A stretch of 64,000 nucleotides of DNA from Auanema rhodensis (Eukaryota; Animalia; Nematoda), in assembly GCA_964057225.1 (NCBI GenBank), contig OZ059896.1, positions 21,390,001 to 21,454,000 on the forward strand. Reading direction: 5' to 3'. Of this stretch, positions 1-10,700 are shown piece after piece; within the stretch, counting starts at the first letter, position 1; every line of letters starts with the position of its first letter. The notes beneath the pieces were generated by a model. It did not search any database and was not told the DNA's origin. It saw only the letters and a program-made list of their open reading frames with translations. The position numbers were made by a program, and so were the translations under genes.

Positions 1-118
1 AAATCTGATAACACAGATCGACGCAGCTTAAAAATCCGCATCGAATGCACTATACCACATTGAGAAACGCTTAATACAAAAATTAGTTATGATCGTTTGA
101 AAAATGATGCATTAGTGT

Positions 119-146
119 ATGTTGAGTTTCCATGTACACTCAACAT
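119..146. other. Inverted repeat / hairpin, 9-bp stem with 10-nt loop, repeated in each monomer
   Basis: ATGTTGAGT (119-127) is the exact reverse complement of ACTCAACAT (138-146). Confidence 0.9.
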
Positions 147-159
147 TGCTTCCAAAAAC

Positions 160-194
160 ATTTTGACAAAAATTTTTTCGAAAAATTTCAAAAT
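160..194. other. A/T-tract quasi-palindrome, repeated in each monomer
   Basis: Perfect 12-bp palindrome TTTTTCGAAAAA (174-185), overlapping palindrome AAAAATTTTT (168-177), and outer arms ATTTTGA (160-166) / TCAAAAT (188-194). Confidence 0.85.
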
Positions 195-290
195 AATTTA
201 GCAAAAAGTAGATGTTTTTAGATTCCTTTTTTCAAGGCAAAGACGATGGACAATGTTATTCAACAAAAAAATTAATTCTTCAGGGTGAAA

Positions 291-333
291 ATCGAGGATA
301 TAAGTGTGCACTTATATCAGTTGATATCTCGGT
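291..333. other. Compound inverted repeat, the strongest dyad in the monomer
   Basis: GATATAAGTG (297-306) / CACTTATATC (309-318) form a perfect 10-bp pair in the C309 allele, or 9 bp with a GTGA loop in the A309 allele. An overlapping alternative is ATATCA (314-319) / TGATAT (322-327). The outer pair is ATCGAG (291-296) / CTCGGT (328-333) with one G-T mismatch. Confidence 0.9.
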
Positions 334-1519
334 GCATTTTTAAGCTAGCGCAAATCTGATAACACAGATCGACGCAGCTTAAAAATCCGCATCGAATGCA
401 CTATACTACATTGAGAAACGCTTAATACAAAAATTAGTTATGATCGTTTGAAAAATGATGCCTTAGTGTATGTTGAGTTTCCATGTACACTCAACATTGC
501 TTCCAAAAACATTTTGACAAAAATTTTTTCGAAAAATTTCAAAATAATTTAGCAAAAAGTAGATATTTTTAGATTCCTTTTTTTAAGGCAAAGACGATGG
601 ACAATGTTATTCAACGAAAAAATTAATTCTTCAGGGTGAAAATCGAGGATATAAGTGTGAACTTATATCAGTTGATATCTCGGTGCATTTTTAAGCTAGC
701 GCAAATCTGATAACACAGATCGACGCAGCTTAAAAATCCGCATCGAATGCACTATACCACATTGAGAAACGCTTAATACAAAAATTAGTTATGATCGTTT
801 GAAAAATGATGCATTAGTGTATGTTGAGTTTCCATGTACACTCAACATTGCTTCCAAAAACATTTTGACAAAAATTTTTTCGAAAAATTTCAAAATAATT
901 TAGCAAAAAGTAGATGTTTTTAGATTCCTTTTTTCAAGGCAAAGACGATGGACAATGTTATTCAACAAAAAAATTAATTCTTCAGGGTGAAAATCGAGGA
1001 TATAAGTGTGCACTTATATCAGTTGATATCTCGGTGCATTTTTAAGCTAGCGCAAATCTGATAACACAGATCGACGCAGCTTAAAAATCCGCATCGAATG
1101 CACTATACTACATTGAGAAACGCTTAATACAAAAATTAGTTATGATCGTTTGAAAAATGATGCCTTAGTGTATTTTGAGTTTCCATGTACACTCAACATT
1201 GCTTCCAAAAACATTTTGACAAAAATTTTTTCGAAAAATTTCAAAATAATTTAGCAAAAAGTAGATGTTTTTAGATTCCTTTTTTCAAGGCAAAGACGAT
1301 GGACAATGTTATTCAACAAAAAAATTTATTCTTCAGGGTGAAAATCGAGGATATAAGTGTGCACTTATATCAGTTGATATCTCGGTGCATTTTTAAGCTA
1401 GCGCAAATCTGATAACACAGATCGACGCAGCTTGAAAATCCGCATCGAATGTACTATACTACATTGAGAAACGCTTAATACAAAAATTAGTTATGATCGT
1501 TTGAAAAATGATGCCTTAG

Positions 1520-4500
1520 TGTATGTTGAGTTTCCATGTACACTCAACATTGCTTCCAAAAACATTTTGACAAAAATTTTTTCGAAAAATTTCAAAATAA
1601 TTTAGCAAAAAGTAGATATTTTTAGATTCCTTTTTTTAAGGCAAAGACGATGGACAATGTTATTCAACGAAAAAATAAATTCTTCAGGGTGAAAATCGAG
1701 GATATAAGTGTGCACTTATATCAGTTGATATCTTGGTGCATTTTCAAGCTAGCGCAAATCTGATAACACAGATCGACGCAGCTTAAAAATCCGCATCGAA
1801 TGCACTATACTACATTGAGAAACGCTTAATACAAAAAATAGTTATGATCGTTTGAAAAATGATGCATTAGTGTATGTTGAGTTTCCATGTACACTCAACA
1901 TTGCTTCCAAAAACATTTTGACAAAAATTTTTTCGAAAAATTTCAAAATAATTTAGCAAAAAGTTGATGTTTTTAGATTCCTTTTTTTAAGGCAAAGACG
2001 ATGGACGATGTTATTCAACGAAAAAATTAATTCTTCAGGGTGAAAATCGAGGATATAAGTGTGAACTTATATCAGTTGATATCTCGGTGCATTTTTAAGC
2101 TAGCGCAAATCTGATAACACAGATCGACGCAGCTTAAAAATCCGCATCGAATGCACTATACTACTTTGAGAAACGCTTAATACAAAAATTAGTTATGATC
2201 GTTTGAAAAATGATGCATTAGTGTATGTTGAGTTTTCATGTACACTCAACATTGCTTCCAAAAACATTTTGACAAAAATTTTTTCGAAAAATTTCAAAAT
2301 AATTTAGCAAAAAGTAGATGTTTTTAGATTCCTTTTTTCAAGGCAAAGACGATGGACAATGTTATTCAACGAAAAAATTAATTCTTCAGGGTGAAAATCG
2401 AGGATATAAGTGTGAACTTATATCAGTTGATATCTCGGTGCATTTTTAAGCTAGCGCAAATCTGATAACACAGATCGACGCAGCTTAAAAATCCGCATCG
2501 AATGCACTATACCACATTGAGAAACGCTTAATACAAAAATTAGTTATGATCGTTTGAAAAATGATGCATTAGTGTATGTTGAGTTTCCATGTACACTCAA
2601 CATTGCTTCCAAAAACATTTTGACAAAAATTTTTTCGAAAAATTTCAAAATAATTTAGCAAAAAGTAGATGTTTTTAGATTCCTTTTTTTAAAGCAAAGA
2701 CGATGGACGATGTTATTCAACGAAAAAATTAATTCTTCAGGGTGAAAATCGAGGATATAAGTGTGAACTTATATCAGTTGATATCTCGGTGCATTTTTAA
2801 GCTAGCGCAAATCTGATAACACAGATCGACGCAGCTTAAAAATCCGCATCGAATGCACTATACCACATTGAGAAACGCTTAATACAAGAATTAGTTATGA
2901 TCGTTTGAAAAATGATGCATTAGTGTATGTTGAGTTTCCATGTACACTCAACATTGCTTCCAAAAACATTTTGACAAAAATTTTTTCGAAAAATTTCAAA
3001 ATAATTTAGCAAAAAGTAGATGTTTTTAGATTCCTTTTTTTAAGGCAAAGACGATGGACGATGTTATTCAACGAAAAAATTAATTCTTCAGGGTGAAAAT
3101 CGAGGATATAAGTGTGCACTTATATCAGTTGATATCTCGGTGCATTTTTAAGCTAGCGCAAATCTGATAACACAGATCGACGCAGCTTAAAAATCCGCAT
3201 CGAATGCACTATACTACATTGAGAAACGCTTAATACAAAAAATAGTTATGATCGTTTGAAAAATGATGCATTAGTGTATGTTGAGTTTCCATGTACACTC
3301 AACATTGCTTCCAAAAACATTTTGACAAAAATTTTTTCGAAAAATTTCAAAATAATTTAGCAAAAAGTAGATGTTTTTAGATTCCTTTTTTCAAGGCAAA
3401 GACGATGAACAATGTTATTCAACGAAAAAATCAATTCTTCAGGGTGAAAATCGAGGATATAAGTGTGAACTTATATCAGTTGATATCTCGGTGCATTTTT
3501 AAGCTAGCGCTAATCTGATAACACAGATCGACGCAGCTTGAAAATCCGCATCGAATGTACTATACTACATTGAGAAACGCTTAATACAAAAATTAGTTAT
3601 GATCGTTTGAAAAATGATGCCTTAGTGTATGTTGAGTTTCCATGTACACTCAACATTGCTTCCAAAAACATTTTGACAAAAATTTTTTCGAAAAATTTCA
3701 AAATAATTTAGCAAAAAGTAGATGTTTTTAGATTCCTTTTTTCAAGGCAAAGACGATGGACAATGTTATTCAACGAAAAAATTAATTCTTCAGGGTGAAA
3801 ATCGAGGATATAAGTGTGAACTTATATCAGTTGATATCTCGGTGCATTTTTAAGCTAGCGCAAATCTGATAACACAGATCGACGCAGCTTAAAAATCCGC
3901 ATCGAATGCACTATACCACATTGAAAAACGCTTAATACAAAAATTAGTTATGATCGTTTGAAAAATGATGCATTAGTGTATGTTGAGTTTCCATGTACAC
4001 TCAACATTGCTTCCAAAAACATTTTGACAAAAATTTTTTCGAAAAATTTCAAAATAATTTAGCAAAAAGTAGATGTTTTTAGATTCCTTTTTTTAAAGCA
4101 AAGACGATGGACGATGTTATTCAACGAAAAAATTTATTCTTCAGGGTGAAAATCGAGGATATAAGTGTGCACTTATATCAGTTGATATCTCGGTGCATTT
4201 TTAAGCTAGCGCAAATCTGATAACACAGATCGACGCAGCTTAAAAATCCGCATCGAATGCACTATACCACATTGAGAAACGCTTAATACAAAAATTAGTT
4301 ATGATCGTTTGAAAAATGATGCATTAGTGTATGTTGAGTTTCCATGTACACTCAACATTGCTTCCAAAAACATTTTGACAAAAATTTTTTCGAAAAATTT
4401 CAAAATAATTTAGCAAAAAGTAGATGTTTTTAGATTCCTTTTTTTAAGGCAAAGACGATGGACAATGTTATTCAACGAAAAAATTAATTCTTCAGGGTGA

Positions 4501-7500
4501 AAATCGAGGATATAAGTGTGAACTTATATCAGTTGATATCTCGGTGCATTTTTAAGCTAGCGCAAATCTGATAACACAGATCGACGCAGCTTAAAAATCC
4601 GCATCGAATGCACTATACCACATTGAGAAACGCTTAATACAAAAATTAGTTATGATCGTTTGAAAAATGATGCATTAGTGTATGTTGAGTTTCCATGTAC
4701 ACTCAACATTGCTTCCAAAAACATTTTGACAAAAATTTTTTCGAAAAATTTCAAAATAATTTAGCAAAAAGTAGATATTTTTAGATTCCTTTTTTTAAGG
4801 CAAAGACGATGGACAATGTTATTCAACGAAAAAATAAATTCTTCAGGGTGAAAATCGAGGATATAAGTGTGCACTTATATCAGTTGATATCTTGGTGCAT
4901 TTTCAAGCTAGCGCAAATCTGATAACACAGATCGACGCAGCTTAAAAATCCGCATCGAATGCACTATACTACATTGAGAAACGCTTAATACAAAAAATAG
5001 TTATGATCGTTTGAAAAATGATGCATTAGTGTATGTTGAGTTTCCATGTACACTCAACATTGCTTCCAAAAACATTTTGACAAAAATTTTTTCGAAAAAT
5101 TTCAAAATAATTTAGCAAAAAGTTGATGTTTTTAGATTCCTTTTTTTAAGGCAAAGACGATGGACGATGTTATTCAACGAAAAAATTAATTCTTCAGGGT
5201 GAAAATCGAGGATATAAGTGTGAACTTATATCAGTTGATATCTCGGTGCATTTTTAAGCTAGCGCAAATCTGATAACACAGATCGACGCAGCTTAAAAAT
5301 CCGCATCGAATGCACTATACTACTTTGAGAAACGCTTAATACAAAAATTAGTTATGATCGTTTGAAAAATGATGCATTAGTGTATGTTGAGTTTTCATGT
5401 ACACTCAACATTGCTTCCAAAAACATTTTGACAAAAATTTTTTCGAAAAATTTCAAAATAATTTAGCAAAAAGTAGATGTTTTTAGATTCCTTTTTTCAA
5501 GGCAAAGACGATGGACAATGTTATTCAACGAAAAAATTAATTCTTCAGGGTGAAAATCGAGGATATAAGTGTGAACTTATATCAGTTGATATCTCGGTGC
5601 ATTTTTAAGCTAGCGCAAATCTGATAACACAGATCGACGCAGCTTAAAAATCCGCATCGAATGCACTATACCACATTGAGAAACGCTTAATACAAAAATT
5701 AGTTATGATCGTTTGAAAAATGATGCATTAGTGTATGTTGAGTTTCCATGTACACTCAACATTGCTTCCAAAAACATTTTGACAAAAATTTTTTCGAAAA
5801 ATTTCAAAATAATTTAGCAAAAAGTAGATGTTTTTAGATTCCTTTTTTTAAAGCAAAGACGATGGACGATGTTATTCAACGAAAAAATTAATTCTTCAGG
5901 GTGAAAATCGAGGATATAAGTGTGAACTTATATCAGTTGATATCTCGGTGCATTTTTAAGCTAGCGCAAATCTGATAACACAGATCGACGCAGCTTAAAA
6001 ATCCGCATCGAATGCACTATACCACATTGAGAAACGCTTAATACAAGAATTAGTTATGATCGTTTGAAAAATGATGCATTAGTGTATGTTGAGTTTCCAT
6101 GTACACTCAACATTGCTTCCAAAAACATTTTGACAAAAATTTTTTCGAAAAATTTCAAAATAATTTAGCAAAAAGTAGATGTTTTTAGATTCCTTTTTTT
6201 AAGGCAAAGACGATGGACGATGTTATTCAACGAAAAAATTAATTCTTCAGGGTGAAAATCGAGGATATAAGTGTGCACTTATATCAGTTGATATCTCGGT
6301 GCATTTTTAAGCTAGCGCAAATCTGATAACACAGATCGACGCAGCTTAAAAATCCGCATCGAATGCACTATACTACATTGAGAAACGCTTAATACAAAAA
6401 ATAGTTATGATCGTTTGAAAAATGATGCATTAGTGTATGTTGAGTTTCCATGTACACTCAACATTGCTTCCAAAAACATTTTGACAAAAATTTTTTCGAA
6501 AAATTTCAAAATAATTTAGCAAAAAGTAGATGTTTTTAGATTCCTTTTTTCAAGGCAAAGACGATGAACAATGTTATTCAACGAAAAAATCAATTCTTCA
6601 GGGTGAAAATCGAGGATATAAGTGTGAACTTATATCAGTTGATATCTCGGTGCATTTTTAAGCTAGCGCTAATCTGATAACACAGATCGACGCAGCTTGA
6701 AAATCCGCATCGAATGTACTATACTACATTGAGAAACGCTTAATACAAAAATTAGTTATGATCGTTTGAAAAATGATGCCTTAGTGTATGTTGAGTTTCC
6801 ATGTACACTCAACATTGCTTCCAAAAACATTTTGACAAAAATTTTTTCGAAAAATTTCAAAATAATTTAGCAAAAAGTAGATGTTTTTAGATTCCTTTTT
6901 TCAAGGCAAAGACGATGGACAATGTTATTCAACGAAAAAATTAATTCTTCAGGGTGAAAATCGAGGATATAAGTGTGAACTTATATCAGTTGATATCTCG
7001 GTGCATTTTTAAGCTAGCGCAAATCTGATAACACAGATCGACGCAGCTTAAAAATCCGCATCGAATGCACTATACCACATTGAAAAACGCTTAATACAAA
7101 AATTAGTTATGATCGTTTGAAAAATGATGCATTAGTGTATGTTGAGTTTCCATGTACACTCAACATTGCTTCCAAAAACATTTTGACAAAAATTTTTTCG
7201 AAAAATTTCAAAATAATTTAGCAAAAAGTAGATGTTTTTAGATTCCTTTTTTTAAAGCAAAGACGATGGACGATGTTATTCAACGAAAAAATTTATTCTT
7301 CAGGGTGAAAATCGAGGATATAAGTGTGCACTTATATCAGTTGATATCTCGGTGCATTTTTAAGCTAGCGCAAATCTGATAACACAGATCGACGCAGCTT
7401 AAAAATCCGCATCGAATGCACTATACCACATTGAGAAACGCTTAATACAAAAAATAGTTATGATCGTTTGAAAAATGATGCATTAGTGTATGTTGAGTTT

Positions 7501-7770
7501 CCATGTACACTCAACATTGCTTCCAAAAACATTTTGACAAAAATTTTTTCGAAAAATTTCAAAATAATTTAGCAAAAAGTAGATGTTTTTAGATTCCTTT
7601 TTTTAAGGCAAAGACGATGGACAATGTTATTCAACGAAAAAATTAATTCTTCAGGGTGAAAATCGAGGATATAAGTGTGAACTTATATCAGTTGATATCT
7701 CGGTGCATTTTTAAGCTAGCGCAAATCTGATAACACAGATCGACGCAGCTTAAAAATCCGCATCGAATGC
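1520..7770. repeat. 9-monomer (3159-bp) higher-order duplication; boundaries approximate
   Basis: Rare variants recur at +3159: AGTTGATG 1962/5121, ACAAGAAT G at 2888/6047, GCGCTAAT T at 3511/6670, TGAAAAACG 3922/7081. Confidence 0.88.
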
Positions 7771-10700
7771 ACTATACTACTTTGAGAAACGCTTAATACA
7801 AAAATTAGTTATGATCGTTTGAAAAATGATGCATTAGTGTATGTTGAGTTTTCATGTACACTCAACATTGCTTCCAAAAACATTTTGACAAAAATTTTTT
7901 CGAAAAATTTCAAAATAATTTAGCAAAAAGTAGATGTTTTTAGATTCCTTTTTTTAAGGCAAAGACGATGGACAATGTTATTCAACGAAAAAATTAATTC
8001 TTCAGGGTGAAAATCGAGGATATAAGTGTGAACTTATATCAGTTGATATCTCGGTGCATTTCTAAGCTAGCGCAAATCTGATAACACAGATCGACGCAGC
8101 TTAAAAATCCGCATCGAATGCACTATACCACATTGAGAAACGCTTAATACAAAAATTAGTTATGATCGTTTGAAAAATGATGCATTAGTGTATGTTGAGT
8201 TTCCATGTACACTCAACATTGCTTCCAAAAACATTTTGACAAAAATTTTTTCGAAAAATTTCAAAATAATTTAGCAAAAAGTAGATGTTTTTAGATTCCT
8301 TTTTTTAAGGCAAAGACGATGGACGATGTTATTCAACAAAAAAATTAATTCTTCAGGGTGAAAATCGAGGATATAAGTGTGCACTTATATCAGTTGATAT
8401 CTCGGTGCATTTTTAAGCTAGCGCAAATCTGATAACACAGATCGACGCAGCTTAAAAATCCGCATCGAATGCACTATACTACATTGAGAAACGCTTAATA
8501 CAAAAAATAGTTATGATCGTTTGAAAAATGATGCATTAGTGTATGTTGAGTTTCCATGTACACTCAACATTGCTTCCAAAAACATTTTGACAAAAATTTT
8601 TTCGAAAAATTTCAAAATAATTTAGCAAAAAGTAGATGTTTTTAGATTCCTTTTTTCAAGGCAAAGACGATGAACAATGTTATTCAACGAAAAAATCAAT
8701 TCTTCAGGGTGAAAATCGAGGATATAAGTGTGAACTTATATCAGTTGATATCTCGGTGCATTTTTAAGCTAGCGCTAATCTGATAACACAGATCGACGCA
8801 GCTTGAAAATCCGCATCGAATGTACTATACTACATTGAGAAACGCTTGATACAAAAATTAGTTATGATCGTTTGAAAAATGATGCATTAGTGTATGTTGA
8901 GTTTCCATGTACACTCAATATTGCTTCCAAAAACATTTTGACAAAAATTTTTTCGAAAAATTTCAAAATAATTTAGCAAAAAGTAGATGTTTTTAGATTC
9001 CTTTTTTCAAGGCAAAGACGATGGACAATGTTATTCAACGAAAAAATTAATTCTTCAGGGTGAAAATCGAGGATATAAGTGTGAACTTATATCAGTTGAT
9101 ATCTCGGTGCATTTTTAAGCTAGCGCAAATCTGATAACACAGATCGACGCAGCTTAAAAATCCGCATCGAATGCACTATACCACATTGAGAAACGCTTAA
9201 TACAAAAATTAGTTATGATCGTTTGAAAAATGATGCATTAGTGTATGTTGAGTTTCCATGTACACTCAACATTGCTTCCAAAAACATTTTGACAAAAATT
9301 TTTTCGAAAAATTTCAAAATAATTTAGCAAAAAGTAGATGTTTTTAGATTCCTTTTTTTAAGGCAAAGACGATGGACGATGTTATTCAACGAAAAAATTA
9401 ATTCTTCAGGGTGAAAATCGAGGATATAAGTGTGCACTTATATCAGTTGATATCTCGGTGCATTTTTAAGCTAGCGCAAATCTGATAACACAGATCGACG
9501 CAGCTTAAAAATCCGCATCGAATGCACTATACTACTTTGAGAAACGCTTAATACAAAAATTAGTTATGATCGTTTGAAAAATGATGCATTAGTGTATGTT
9601 GAGTTTTCATGTACACTCAACATTGCTTCCAAAAACATTTTGACAAAAATTTTTTCGAAAAATTTCAAAATAATTTAGCAAAAAGTAGATGTTTTTAGAT
9701 TCCTTTTTTTAAGGCAAAGACGATGGACAATGTTATTCAACGAAAAAATTAATTCTTCAGGGTGAAAATCGAGGATATAAGTGTGAACTTATATCAGTTG
9801 ATATCTCGGTGCATTTCTAAGCTAGCGCAAATCTGATAACACAGATCGACGCAGCTTAAAAATCCGCATCGAATGCACTATACCACATTGAGAAACGCTT
9901 AATACAAAAATTAGTTATGATCGTTTGAAAAATGATGCATTAGTGTATGTTGAGTTTCCATGTACACTCAACATTGCTTCCAAAAACATTTTGACAAAAA
10001 TTTTTTCGAAAAATTTCAAAATAATTTAGCAAAAAGTAGATGTTTTTAGATTCCTTTTTTTAAGGCAAAGACGATGGACGATGTTATTCAACGAAAAAAT
10101 TAATTCTTCAGGGTGAAAATCGAGGATATAAGTGTGCACTTATATCAGTTGATATCTCGGTGCATTTTTAAGCTAGCGCAAATCTGATAACACAGATCGA
10201 CGCAGCTTAAAAATCCGCATCGAATGCACTATACTACATTGAGAAACGCTTAATACAAAAAATAGTTATGATCGTTTGAAAAATGATGCATTAGTGTATG
10301 TTGAGTTTCCATGTACACTCAACATTGCTTCCAAAAACATTTTGACAAAAATTTTTTCGAAAAATTTCAAAATAATTTAGCAAAAAGTAGATGTTTTTAG
10401 ATTCCTTTTTTCAAGGCAAAGACGATGAACAATGTTATTCAACGAAAAAATCAATTCTTCAGGGTGAAAATCGAGGATATAAGTGTGAACTTATATCAGT
10501 TGATATCTCGGTGCATTTTTAAGCTAGCGCTAATCTGATAACACAGATCGACGCAGCTTGAAAATCCGCATCGAATGTACTATACTACATTGAGAAACGC
10601 TTAATACAAAAATTAGTTATGATCGTTTGAAAAATGATGCCTTAGTGTATGTTGAGTTTCCATGTACACTCAACATTGCTTCCAAAAACATTTTGACAAA

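Larger units (their letters stand above)
1..351. repeat. Representative 351-bp monomer (phase arbitrary)
   Basis: Hand count gives 55 C and 56 G in 351 bp and 11 CpG. It has multiple A/T tracts and single NheI (GCTAGC 344-349), EcoRV (GATATC 323-328) and BstBI (TTCGAA 177-182) sites. Confidence 0.98.

Noticed and set aside
51-70. TATACCACATTGAGAAAC loosely resembles the 5' part of animal 5S rRNA, and the unit size is similar to 5S arrays
   Set aside because: The similarity is short. There is no colinear box A/box C internal promoter or GC-rich 120-nt gene body, so this is probably chance.
176-192. CENP-B box-like TTCG-N4-A
   Set aside because: The essential CGGG half is absent (TCAA instead).
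119-237. Hairpins plus T-runs as intrinsic terminators or Pol III terminators
   Set aside because: There is no associated gene or promoter, the T-runs do not directly follow GC-rich stems, and such runs are expected in AT-rich DNA.
200-300. Hammerhead ribozyme, as in some transcribed satellites: minus-strand CUGAAGA (277-283) matches CUGANGA, and the plus strand has CUGAUAA (5-11)
   Set aside because: I could not build stems I-III. The next minus-strand motif is GAAU rather than GAAA, and no partner closes the CC next to the core. The plus-strand motif lacks G8. An Infernal or RNAmotif scan of a dimer would settle it.
1-351. Monomer as a diverged dimer of ~175-bp subunits
   Set aside because: By eye I found no colinear similarity between the halves beyond A/T tracts. 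This was not tested computationally.
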